DNA of 64,000 nt from Piromyces finnis finn. Lineage: Eukaryota > Fungi > Neocallimastigomycota. The notes beneath the pieces were generated by a model. It was not told the origin of the DNA. It searched no databases and worked only from the letters and a program-made list of their open reading frames with translations. A program made the translations under genes and the position numbers. Numbering within the stretch: position 1 is the first letter of the stretch; every line of letters starts with the position of its first letter. The stretch covers positions 124,001 through 188,000 of the forward strand of contig MCFH01000044.1 of the NCBI GenBank assembly GCA_002104945.1, read 5' to 3'. Shown piece after piece: positions 32,901 to 48,534 of this stretch.

Positions 32901-33160
32901 TTTTAATAAAAAAAAATAATTCTTTTTATTTTAGAGAAAAATCATAACACTAATACTTTTATATGTAAATAACTCATAAATTATTTCAAACGTTTTATAA
33001 TTTGTTATTTTCAGATAATCGCAAAGTTTTAAATAGATTAAAGCAAATAATGGAAAGATGGTATGAAAGTCAATCACAAAATATGGTTGATACTGAAAGA
33101 CAAATTGATGAAGTAATGATGGGTGTAGAAAAGGTTCGAATTACAGAATCTGATAATTAG
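29939..33160 (+). CDS. Importin-alpha-like ARM-repeat protein lacking a recognisable IBB domain
   Basis: ARM motifs ETCWVITNIAAG, QAAWSLGNIAGD, AMWTLANLCR, ETCWALSRI, LRTLTNIAYGDDQQTQ, RKEACWAISNAT across about 9 phase-consistent exons; stop TAG 33158-33160. Confidence 0.88.
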
Positions 33161-34374
33161 CATAAACTGGAAAAATAAAGAAATTTAATATATTTAAAAA
33201 AAGTTTGCAACTATTTCGGTTACCCTTTATCAAAATTTAAAATATCTTGGCATATTATATAAAATACAAAAATTCTTTCATTGATGTTTTTTCATTAGTA
33301 TAATAAAATAAATAGAAAGAAATAGTTTTGATATTTTTTTTTTTTTCTTTATTTCTTCAAAAAATATTTATTTAAAACTTGTATATTTTTATAATTATTT
33401 TTATTTTTTATTAATAAAAAAATAATAAATAAAAAAATCAATTTATAATATTTATCACCATTTTTATATTTATATTGATTAAATATAATAACAGTAAAAC
33501 AATTATAATTTTGTCAATTATAATAAAAATAAAATAACATTATATACATATAAATTTATTCATCCATTCTACTTTATTCATAATCCTTATAATCCTTGGC
33601 ATTTTTTATTTAAAAATTTAAATAAAATTTATCAAAAGTTGGAGATTTTTTATATTTTTTAATAAAGATAGTATTTCCAATAATTTAATAATAAAAGAAA
33701 CTTATATTAATAAAAAGAATGATAAATATTATTATACAATAATGCATTAAGGTTTTATACTAATAAAGAATAAAAATAATTAATGATTAATATATTTTTT
33801 TCACAAGTAGAATAATAGGAAAAGAAAATAAAAAAATAAATTCAATAGTTTAAAAAAAAAAAACCCATTTTGAAAAGAATAGCTTTAAAAAATCAAAAAT
33901 TTGATTAAAAAGGCAATATATTACTTAAACCAATGTCAATAATCTATTATAATATTCTATTATATTCATAATATTTACATTAATTTTATTCTTTAACAAA
34001 AGTATTTTTTAGATCAATTTTTTTTATATTTAGATTATGTTATACTATTTAATGATTAATATAATTAACAGATAAATAAACGTATTAACAACAAAATCAA
34101 TGAATCCATAAAAATTAATATTATTACTTCAATACTAATATTATTTTTTTTTTTAAAAAAAAAAGGTATAATAATAATTGTTATTATCATTTCATTAATT
34201 GAAAAGGTTATAAATTACAATAAATTTGTAAATGTGTAAATTTTTTTAAAATAAAAAAATCATTCATTAATTTTAATCTATTAATTTTATATTTTATATA
34301 TATATTTAAATTAAAATTTTTCCAATTATTTTTTTTTTTTAAAAAAAAAAATAAAAGTTAAAAGAAGAATAAAA

Positions 34375-36551
<2,177 letters not shown>

Positions 36552-39500
36552 TTTTAAATACATTAAAATTAAATAGTAATAATACTACATTGAAAAAAAA
36601 GGAGTAGTATTTATGATAATTATAATAATTAAATTGCATGTAATGTAAATAAATAAAAATTAAAATAACAGTTATATAAAAAAAAAGAGAGAGAGAGAAT
36701 CTTTTTATCTAAAAAAAATTTTTATATAATATATACAAATATATATAAAATTATTTTTTAAATCTTATAAATATATATTTTAAAGTAACATTTATATTTT
36801 ACTTCTTTGAATAAAACACTAAAATCTTAATATATTCATAGAGTATTTTTTATATATATATATATTTTGACAATTTACATTACTATTATAAAGCTCTATG
36901 ATACTATGATATACTTAGTTCCAAACCCTAAATCCATTAAAATTAATTAAATATAACATTTATATTTATTTAAAAATGTGATATAAGTTTCTTTTATGTT
37001 GTAGTAATTTAATATTAGTTTACTTATAATTTATTATATTAGGTGAAAAATATTTTATTACTATTAACTTCTCTCTTATTAATAATTTCACTTATAATAT
37101 TTTCTTATTAATTATTAAAGCTCTTCCCTTTCTAATTATTTTTTACATGAATATTTTTATATTATAAAATTCCTATAATATAATTGAATATCAATTATAT
37201 AATGTAATGTATTCATAATATATGAATAATAATTAAATAGGATATAGTATAATATATTTTACATTTTATATGAAATATTACTATATAAGGAAAGGTAATG
37301 TAATACAAATAAGTATTACAATAAAATTAATACTAATATATAATATTAATATTTAAGAATATAATGAAATATGTACATGAATTCTATAACTAATATATAA
37401 ATAATGTATTATAATATATATCAATTATTATATTATTATTATGAAATATTATATATAAATTTCTAAAGATGAAATTGAATATTTTAAATAATAAAAATTA
37501 TTTTAAATATTGGCTAATATGTAGCTAGACATATTAATTTCATATCAAATGTTAGTGTTTAATTTTATGATTACATAGATTATAAGATGATCATGTGAAT
37601 ACATTGATAATTGATCATATGATTTTATTTCTTGTACTACATCTTAAATTTGCCAAAAAAAAAATTTCCATTTTTGATAATTATAAATAATATATTATAT
37701 AATTCAGTTTCTTTTATATTTATGTTTGTATTCAGAATTGATTAATTAAAATAGATTCATATTTGTTTAATTATTATTATTATTATTATTATTATTAGTA
37801 GCAGTATTTATTTATTCATTCATTTATTAATAATTTTTTTTAATTTTTAATATATTCTATTGTATTACAAAATAGGGGTAAAAGTTATTTTTATTCCTTA
37901 TATAGTAAAAATCATCATGCCGTTTTTCTATTTTCATTAGCCAATAACTCAAAGAATAATTAATTAAGAATTAGAATAACATAAATATAAAAAAATTCAA
38001 TTTCTTTTTTATTATTATTAAAATTTGTTATTAAAAAAATCCCACAAATATAAAAAATTAAATTAATGATTATTTATTAATTAGAAGTCTTTGACTTCTG
38101 ATATTTAAAAAAAGAATTTATTTGTATTACAAGAGGTTTAGTTTTACCTTGATAATATTGGAGAATAATAAAGATTTAATTGATTCCAATTTATATAATA
38201 ATACTAGTAAAATTACTTATATTTAAAGTTGAAAACAATTATAATCATATTATTATTGTTGTTGTTTATGCTTATATTTATTATTTCTTCTATAAAAATA
38301 ATATTTTATTTATTTAATAATAAACTATAAAATTATTGAATGTATTGATTATTAAATATTAATTTTTACTAATCTCAATTTGAAATAAAGTTTTTACCTT
38401 CACTGTTATTAGTGATATGCTTGATAATAAATATAAATTATAATAAAGAAATAAATAGATATATTTATTAAAAGTTTTTATAGCTTTTATTTAATGATTG
38501 CTTAGTTCAGAATAGATTTTTTCTAATATTTTCTTTCTATGTAATACAATTAGGTGCTATATAAGTTTTTTCTTCATCTCCATTCTCATTTCGACATCCT
38601 TTATAATCATTATTTTTTTATATTTATAACAAAAAGAAATAATGTGGATTCCTTCAAAAAAAATAATTTATATATATTAAGAATAAAACATGGCAAATAA
38701 CATATTTAAAGATCTTTATTAACTGGAGTTTTTTTATTTGAAATAAATATGTATCATTGTATTATTGAATGTACATTCAATAAGATATATAAGCCATATA
38801 AACATTGTTATTTAATCCCAGATTAAATTCAATAATTTAATAATAAAAAAAGTTTGATTTATTTAATAATGATATAAATATATTTAAGCCACGTTACTAT
38901 AGTTTTATAAATGTAATAAAATTTAAAGTTGACATATTTAGCCAAAAGTTATTGATATTATGATAAAATTTAAAAATTTTATTTATATTAAAATATTACT
39001 TTTTATATAAATACATTATTATTTATATATTATACACAATAATGTAAATTGAACTATATTTAATATATATAATCTATTGAATTAATTTACTAGCGATAAT
39101 CAATTTATTAGATAATATTTATTTTATCTAATAGCATTGAATAGTATATTACAAATAAATAGTATTATAAATCAAATTATATTAATCTCATCATTTTTTT
39201 ATTTCAAACATTAATTATATATTTACCTATCATTATATTGTAATATATTACTTCAATATATTGATTTTAATTAAAATATCAAATTTATAAAATTATATAT
39301 TAAAGGTATTATATCAAAATATTGTAAAATATATTTATTTTTAAATAAATGTGTGGGAAGTATATTTATAATATATTATTTATATAATATTTATATATTT
39401 TTGATATATATTTATAATTATACAACAATTTAGTCAATATATTAAAATAAATTATAATTAATACAAACATATAATTATCATATATAATAATTTATTGAAA

Positions 39501-41459
39501 TATATTATAAATATATTATAAAATAATGATAGAGCCTTAACAATATATTATAAAATTTTAATAGGTAATATCAAGAAGGTTAGGTCATATTCAAAAAAAT
39601 AATTTTTATATTCATCAATATTTTCAATATATTAATAATATATTATTCTATACAATTTAAATATATAATATTGTTACTTTTTATATAAATTAAATATTAA
39701 ACATAAAGATTTACTATATAATAAAAATAAAAAGGATAAATAATAATTTCTAATCTTTTATATTAAATTTTACAAAAGAATAAATATAATATGATAAAAA
39801 TAAAAATATATTTTATATTTTATGTTATATATATTATAATTTATTAAAATAATATAAAGTAATATAATAATATATTTAATAATATTTAGTATATATAATA
39901 TTTATTAATATTAATATATGAAATGATGTCATTTTATTGGCTATGAATTTGAGATATTAAACTAGAATAATATTTATTCGCGTAATAATAAAACCTTTAT
40001 TTATTTGTTATTATTTGAATATTGGTAAATCTAATTGATTATTTAATTTTGTAGATATATATATATTTTTTTTTATATTTCATTATATTTATTGTTGAAA
40101 AAAATAGCTTGAATTTTATTATAATTTTTTTTATATTATTATTATAAGTTTACGACATATTAAATTAATAAAATTTATTATAGTAGAATTTACAAAAAAT
40201 TTTTTTTCTATTTCCTTTTTTTTTTTTTTATTTTTTTTTCTCTTTAAAAAATAAAAAAAAAAAAATATATTAATCAAAAATTTAAATTTATTTATTTTTA
40301 TATTTTACCATTTTATTATTATTAATTTGTCTTTTTCTATTTTTTTTTTTTTTTTGTTTGTTTTTTATGTTTTTATTTAAATTTATTTTACTTTATTATG
40401 CAAAAATAATAACACAATAAAAACCACAAATAAGACATTAAACTATAAATTAAAAAAAAAATCATTTAACTTAAAAAAAATAGAAAAAAAAAACAACCAA
40501 AGATTAATAATAATTAAAATATAAAATTAAGAAAAAATAAATAATTAAAATTTAAAAAATACATATATAATAAAATAATAAAATAAAATAGTATTTTTAT
40601 ATATATATTAAATATTTATTAAACTATATAAAATATATAATAAAGAAAAGATAAATCGAATTCAGTTTCTTTTTGAATAAATTTATTCATTTTAAATAGC
40701 ATACAAAAATCGAAATTGAATAATACATAAAAAATATATATTTATCAATTTATCATCATATTTCAATATCATTTAATAACAATTCAGTAGAAACAATATC
40801 ATTTATATTTCTATTTAAATCATTAATATCATATAATATTATTTCTTTTTTATTTTTTATATACTAAATCAAAGTAAAAGAAAAGGTAAAAAGGAAATAG
40901 TATTAATCAAGATTAAAATTTATATTGAATCATTCAAAAACAATAGTTATCTATTTTAAATAATTCAAAACATTATTTATTAGAGAAATAATAAAGACAT
41001 AAACAAAAAAGTATATATTTCTTTAAAGATATTATATGAAAGTATATTTTTTTAAATAAAAATAGTATATATATAAATAATTTAATCCGACAAATTTTTA
41101 GATTAAAAAGAATGATAATTTAAATTTATTATAAATTTAAAAAGGAGTAAAATTAAGCATAAATTTATTTATTTTATTAAACATTCATATTCTATTCATA
41201 TCTACAATTTAGTAATTTAATATTATCTGTAATCTAAATTAAAAGTAAATATAATTTTTTATTGTATATAAAAAGGTAAACAAAAGATTTGTTTATATTA
41301 TCACTTTTAAATTTATTGATTTAAATATTTGATAAATTATTTTAAAATTAAAATAGTGGAAATATAATACAATCTTTGTTTATTTATATATATTTTTTTT
41401 GAATTAATATTGATTAATTATACTTAAATTCTAAATCTTAGAATAAATAAAAAAACAAA

Positions 41460-44035
41460 ATGTCGCAACCACAAATTCAAGTTCCTGCACAAAATCAATC
41501 ACAAATAATAAATAAATTACATCAACAAAAATTACAACAAATTCAACAACAACAAGTTCAAAGCAAACATCAAAGTAATGGACAACTTCATCAAAGTCAA
41601 CATCATCATACCCATGAAAAATTATCTAAATATGCTAGTAGTAATATTGTAGCTACTCATTATAAAGTAAATAAAAAAATTGGTGAAGGTAGTTTCGGTG
41701 TAATTTATGAAGGTATGGAAAATAAACAATATAAATGTATAAAAGAAAATTTCTTACAATAAATATTAAACTAAATAACTTTTATATATAATGAAGGTAT
41801 AAATTTATTAAATAATGTTTTAGTTGCTATTAAATTTGAACATCGTAATTGTGATGCTCCACAATTAAGAGAAGAGCATCGCGCCTATAAAATTTTAGCT
41901 GGCACAGGTAAATTAAATTGCAATATTTTTATTGCTAATATATATAATTATATTTTATAAGTATTTTAATTATTATATTGGAAACCAAAAATTGGAATAT
42001 TGATTTGAGTTTTATTTATTTATTAATTATATCTATTTTTTTAATATTAATGTAATTTAATAAAAAATAGTTGGTATTCCAAAATCTTACTACTTTGGAC
42101 AACAAGGAAAGTACAATATTTTATGTATGGATTTATTAGGACCATCTTTAGAAGATATGTTTGATTTATGTAAAAGGAAATTTTCAGTAAAGACCGTATG
42201 TATGGTAGCAAAGCAAATGGTAAGTTCAAGTTAAAAGTAAATAAACTTAAAATAAAAATTATTTTATCAAATACAACATTTTAATTTACCGATGTTAAAA
42301 TACATTTATTTAGATTACAAGAGTGGAGTCTATGCATGAACGTAATTTAATTCATAGAGATATTAAACCGGATAACTTTTTGATTGGTCGTTTACCAAGA
42401 ACTTTGACAGCATTATTATCTTCAAGATCAGACACCCATTTTTTAGACAAGAATTTCAATTCAAAAAAGTACTCTGTAGTTAGAAATCATACTGCTACTC
42501 ATCCACATCCAGCCTCTCAAATTTATATGATTGATTTGGGTATGGCTAAACAATATAGAGATCCAAGAACTAAACGTCATATACCCTATCGCGACAAGAA
42601 AAGTTTAAGTGGAACAGCTAGATATATGAGTATAAATACTCATTTAGGTATTGAACAAAGTAGAAGAGATGATTTAGAAGCCTTAGGTCATGTGTTTATG
42701 TATTTCTTAAGAGGTAGTTTACCATGGCAAGGTTTAAAGGCTGCTACTAACAAACAAAAGTATGAAAGAATTTGTGAGAAAAAACAAACGACCACTTTAG
42801 ATGAACTTTGTGGTGAATTCCCAAATGAATTCAAGATTTATATGAATTATGTTCGTACTTTAAAATTTGATGAGCAACCAGATTATGAATATTTAAGAAA
42901 TTTATTTAATAAAGTATTAAGTAGAATGGGTGAAATTGATGATGGAGTGTTTGACTGGATGATGATTATGGATAAAAAGGTAGAAGAAAGATTAAAACGT
43001 GAAATGGAAATTGAAAGAATGAAAAGTCAACAAACGTCACTCGTTGCCACTTCTTCTTCTTCATCTCCAAATACTGAAGAGAATAGACGTTCAGTGCAAA
43101 GAGCTTCAGACATATATAATATTAAAACTTTAAATTCATCAACTACAAATCCACTTCAATACGCAACATTAAATGCTCAAAGAATTAGTAGTGCCAATAA
43201 TCTTGGTCCAAATACTAGTACTTTAAATATAAATCATTCTCAACAGAACATAAATCCAAATATTAGTCAACAGCTCAACTCTAGTAGTTTAAATCCAAAT
43301 ATTTCAATGAGTCAGAATATTAATGTTAATTCAAGTAGTTTTAATTTGATGAATAACTCACAAAGTAATATTTTAAGTAATGAGAGTAAAACTCCTACTA
43401 AGATTTTGAACTCACAAATAAATAATTTAAATGATGAAGCTACTGCTACTGCTGATATTAAAGCATCAACATCTACTGCATTAAATAACAATTATAATAT
43501 TAATAAGAAAAATAGTCAACAACTTCAACCTCCACAAATTTCTATAAATGGTCAACAATCTCATAATAGTAGTGCAGCTCCATCTCCAACACCATCTCAA
43601 CATAAACATCAATCTACATCCATTTCACAATCACATCGTCAATCACAAAATCAACTTGCTGCTACTCCAGTACAAGGATCAATAACTCAAAACCAAAGTC
43701 AAAGTCAATTGCCAAATCCAAATGATAAACATTCTTCTGTTTATGGATCAACACAAAATATGACTACAGCAACCAATAATACAGGTTCAAATGCTCAAAC
43801 TAATTCCTATGTTGTTTCAGGACCACATGATTTTACTGGATATTCTCCAAACTATTCTTTATCAACTTTTAATGCTAAACAAACTCCAAATGCCTCAAAA
43901 ATTAATAATTATGAAGTAGAAAATGTAAAGCCATCTACTAAACATAAAAGATCTGTGTTTAGAAGAATATTTGGTATGGGATGTTGTATTCGTGATCAAG
44001 ATGTTGTTTCAGAAGTCAATAAAGAAAAGCAATAG
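41460..44035 (+). CDS. Casein kinase I (Yck1/2 / CK1-gamma-like) with long Gln/Asn/Ser tail and near-terminal Cys-Cys
   Basis: Exons 41460-41712, 41797-41907, 42071-42219, 42314-44035; [60 protein letters not shown]; C-terminal [10 protein letters not shown]. Confidence 0.95.
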
Positions 44036-45439
44036 AGGAATATTTTTACAAAAAAACTAAATATAATATATAAAATATTATATATAAATTTTAATCTTTT
44101 GCATAATAAGAAAAATATACATTAAAAAAAATTTGATATCATCAAAGTAATATTAAAAATAAAAATTAAAAAAGTACAAAGAATTAAAAAAATTACTACA
44201 AATATTAATTGATAAAAATAATTAAAAAAAAAAAAAAAAAAGAAAACAAAGAAAAAGATAAAAAGAAAAAAAAAGAAAGATAATCTGTAATTTCTTTTTT
44301 ATAAATAATCAATTTTCTTTATTCATATCTATTTAAATTTTTAACTATAAATAATTATAAATTTTAATTATTTTATTTTAATGAAAAAATATTATTTATT
44401 ATAAAATATATAATTAAATTATTATCAAATAATTAATTATATATATAAACTGGTAATAATAGCATAAATAAATCTATATTATTTTTAAACAATAAAATTT
44501 TTTGCCAATTTAATATTAAAAATATAAGAAGTAAAATCAGTATATCTTGAAGCAAAAAAAAAAAAAAAAAAGTACAAAAATAATTGTTAAATGCACAAAT
44601 GATATAGAAAGGATTTAAAACTAAACCAATCCTACAATATGTAAGACATATAGAAATATTTAAATTTTTCTTTTTTATTACTCCTCATTTATAATAGATA
44701 AAAAAAAAAGAGAGGAAAAGGAGAAAAATGTAAAATATAACAATTTAATTATATATTATTTACAAAATATTTATTTTTAACAAAAAAAAAAAAAAAAACA
44801 TTCAAACTAATATCTAACAAAATCAAAAACAATAGGCATAAATAAATAGATTTATAGTGCTCTATTAAAAGTTTCTCAGCCTTTTTTTTTCACTACTACT
44901 ATTATTATATCTATTTATATATAATTGTTATTTTTCTTTTATATATACAATATTATCAATTTAATTAGTCAATAATGTATTTTTTTTTCCATATTATTAA
45001 TATTAAAATCTTTTTTTTTCATTACTATTATTATTTTATTTATATCTATAAAATTCAAATATTAATATTTTTAATAGCATTAAACTACCAAACTAATAAT
45101 AATATAATAAAGTTTTTTTTATTTATATATATATATATAAATTATCCAGTAAAAAAAAATAAAATAAAATAAAATTAAAAAAATTTTTATATAGAGATTA
45201 AAACAATTAAATATAAATAAATAAATAATATATTAATTAGTAATAAATGTGTAATTTTTAAAAATTGAATTTTGAATATCTTTAAAAAAAAAAAAAATTA
45301 GAGTTACATTAAAAGTAATGTAATGTGTTTTATATATTTAAATTAAAAATATTTATTTAATACAATACAAAAACACAAAATAATCTATTGTGGTAATAGA
45401 ATTTAAAAAATTTAAACTTTGATTAAAATAAATAAATAC

Positions 45440-45720
45440 ATGTTGAGAAATTGTCAGAGTCATCATATTTATGGTTCGACCCATTGGGTTTTGCCATGGG
45501 TTGAATTATGATATTCAGGTAAGTATTAATGTATTTTCTAATTTACTACTATGATACTATGATAATAACACTAGTACATGGTATATTTAGAACGTTATTA
45601 GTGGTGACTTAACCAGTAAGGTCACAACCACAACCACCCTGCAATAGGAAAGAGTCAACATTTCTTTAAGAACCACCTATTGGGGCTTACTCTGACTGAT
45701 GGATGGGAGAAATAAACTCG
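45440..45720 (+). ncRNA. Candidate structured non-coding RNA with a 56-nt spliceosomal-type intron; identity uncertain
   Basis: GC-enriched island with no credible ORF in frames translated on either strand; 8-bp terminal helix 45453-45460/45689-45696; three internal stem-loops; CAG/GTAAGT...CTAG intron signals 45519-45574. Confidence 0.45.
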
Positions 45721-46369
45721 GTAATTAAAAAAAAAAAAAAGGGACATCATATTTTAAATAAATATAAAAGAAAAAAAAAACAGAAATGAATGTTGATTAG
45801 TTTGGGTTCTTGATTAGAAAAAATAATATATATAAGCAATAATTAATTTTTATCTTTTATTTAATTATTATTATTTTACAAAGTTTATTAGAAAAAAAAA
45901 GATCATCTTTAATATAAAGAAGAATATATCAGAATGTATTTAAATATATATATAAATATATAATGTTTTATATATATTAGATTTTACATAAATTTTTGTT
46001 TCATATTGTATCAAAACCTCCTTAAAAAAAAAAGATTACATCAATTTTTTAATTAAATAATACTTCTAATATATTATAAATTAAAAATTTCTAAATTTAA
46101 TATTTCTTTTTCATATTTCTTAACCAACAAAATTCAGTGTTAATTAAAAGTAAACTTTAATATATATAAATAAAAAAATAATTTTCCTTTTCTCCACAAT
46201 CTTTATAGGTAATAAATGTAGGGTAGGAAATAAAATAGAATATTTTTTTTTCTTGTGTTCAAAACAAATAAATTATTAATTTATATTTATACCATAAAAT
46301 CAATAATTGTATAATACATAGAAATAAATTATTCATATAATGTATATAAATATAAAAATTACTTCTTCC

Positions 46370-46377
46370 TATAAAAA
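46370..46377 (+). promoter_or_regulatory. TATA-box-like element about 70 nt upstream of the CBM1-CE4 start codon
   Basis: TATAAAA preceded by the pyrimidine run CTTCTTCC; weak evidence given the AT-rich background. Confidence 0.3.
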
Positions 46378-46441
46378 GGAATAATTTCCACTAAAATTTT
46401 TTTATAAAACAGAAAATTAAAATATAAATAAAAATTTTAAT

Positions 46442-47621
46442 ATGAAGGCTACTACTGTTGCTAGTATTTTAAGTTTATGTCTTGCTGGATATGCTAAGGC
46501 TTCTTGCGGTGAAGCCTATGCCCAATGTGGAGGGTAAATATTACAACAGAATTTTTTATTGGAAATATATATAAATATTATAGAGTTTTTTTCCTAAAAT
46601 ATATATATAGTTATATAGTTATAAAAAAAAAAAGTAGTTACATAATATATTTACAATTATTGATATATTTTAAAATTGTTTAAAAAAATATGTTACTTTA
46701 CTATTTTTTATATTATAATTCTATATATAAAATCAAAACAATATTTTATTAGTATTAACATTTTCTGTATTTTTTTAAAATTATAGTATTAACTTCGTTG
46801 GTGAAAACTGCTGTGTTGCTGGTACTGAATGTGTTTCCCTTAGTGAAACATACTACCAATGTTTACCAGTCGAAAATTCTGATGAAGAAGAAGTTGAAGT
46901 TAGCGCTAATGTTGAAGAAAATGAAGCTGATTCTAACTCTGATGTTGAAGAAACTGAATTCCCAAGAGGTCAAGGTATGCAATTTTTCACTCAATGTAAG
47001 AATCCAAAACACTGGGCCATGACTTATGATGATGGACCAACCATGTACGCTGATATTATGTTAGATCTTTTCAAGAAATATGATATTAAGGTTACTTTCT
47101 TTGTTTGTGGTAACTTATATTACAATCTTGAAGATCCAGAATGGGCCAGAATTATTAAGAGAATGTATAATGAAGGCCATCTTATTGGTAATCACACTTA
47201 CAATCACTTAGATATGAGTACTCTCACTGCTGAAGAAATTACTAGTGAAATGAAGAAGGTTGAAAATGCTTTATATAACACTATTGGTGTTAGACCAGCT
47301 TTCATGCGTTTACCATACGGTTCTGGTGCTTCTAGTCCAGTTGTTATGGACACTCTTGCTGCTAATGGTTACAATGCTGCCATTAATTGGAATGTTGATA
47401 CCGTTGACTGGGGAAATTCTGGTGATATTGAATACTCTATTAAGGTTATTACCGAACAATTAGGTAACCCAATTATTACCTTAAACCATTTACAATTCGA
47501 AGGTGCTACCAATGAAAGAATTGTTGATTTAGCTACTGCTGAAATTGAATATTTATTAAGTAAGGGTTACACTCCAGTTAGAATGGATGAATGTCTTGGA
47601 ATGGCTCCATACCAAGAATAA
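46442..47621 (+). CDS. Secreted CBM1-linked polysaccharide deacetylase (CE4 / NodB)
   Basis: Exons 46442-46533 and 46787-47621. Signal peptide; CBM1 CGEAYAQCGGINFVGENCCVAGTECVSLSETYYQC; acidic linker; CE4 motifs TYDDGP, HTYNH, RLPYG, DTVDW, LNH. Confidence 0.92.
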
Positions 47622-48534
47622 ATATATTCAATAATAAGATAAAAAAAACAAATACATTTTCTTTTTATAAATTAAAAAGAAAATGGATATTTTTAAAAAC
47701 AATATTCAACAATATTAAATTAATACATTGAGTAATTAGGGGGATAACTCAATAACTTTAAATAATACAATTGAATTTGAAGATAACAAATTCTTTTTGA
47801 TTATTTATAAAGTATATAAAAAATTATTTATACTAAAAACTAAAATATAGAATAGATTAAAAATTGTATAATTAAAATTAATCATTTTATAATTTTTAAT
47901 TACAAAATATAAAACTATATTTTTTAAATATTTTTGAAAAATATTTTTAAGAATTTAGAACATCTAATTTAATTTAATAGATTCAATATTAAAATAAAAT
48001 AAAATAAAAAAACTAAAAATTAGTTTAAAGAAATAATTAAAAAACAAAACTTGTTACATTTTTTTACATTTAGACTTTTAATATCTACTAAATTTTGATA
48101 TATCATTTTTTATTTTCGTTTTTTTGTTTTTATATATATATATATATTTTTTTTTAATTCTTGGTTAAGTAATTACTATCATAAATAAGAAAAAATCAAT
48201 ATTTTTGCTTTTAATAATAATAATAAAGAAAAAAAAATTAAAATTTAAAGTATAATATATATAATTAAAAGCATTAATTTATTTTTTTATTTTTTTTTTA
48301 TTATTATTACTATTTTGTTATTATTTATTTAAAAAATAAATTGTTACTAAATTATTATAAGTATATTGAAATGAATTTATATATATTTCTGTTAAATATA
48401 CATATTTATATAATAAAAGAATAAATATAATAAAATGTATGAAAAAAAAAAAATATTCTTTAATTAATCATAATTAAAATACTTTTTTTTTTAAAGACTT
48501 TTTTTTTCAAAGAAGAAATTTTAATATTTCATTT

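Noticed and set aside
36552-41459. About 5-kb gene-free region with faint degenerate repeats (37100-37470) and a short coding-like scrap (38530-38660, minus)
   Set aside because: No sustained ORF, terminal repeats or transposase/RT motifs; at most heavily decayed relics.
45512-45526. ATACTTACCTG on the minus strand, identical to the U1 snRNA 5' end
   Set aside because: No U1-70K loop (GATCACGAAG), U1A loop (ATTGCAC) or Sm site follows; it is just the reverse complement of a consensus 5' splice site.
45453-45696. MITE with GTCAGAGT terminal inverted repeats
   Set aside because: Only 8 bp, no target-site duplication and no second copy in the window; not excluded genome-wide.
45696-45725. CTGATGG...GAAA resembling a hammerhead ribozyme core
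   Set aside because: The core needs CTGANGA and a stem II; neither is present.
46798-47463. Alternative-frame or antisense ORFs overlapping real genes (also 4522-4728, 9200-9403, 35429-35656, 35777-35959, 42047-42229, 59640-59822)
   Set aside because: Shadows of well-supported exons with no independent homology.
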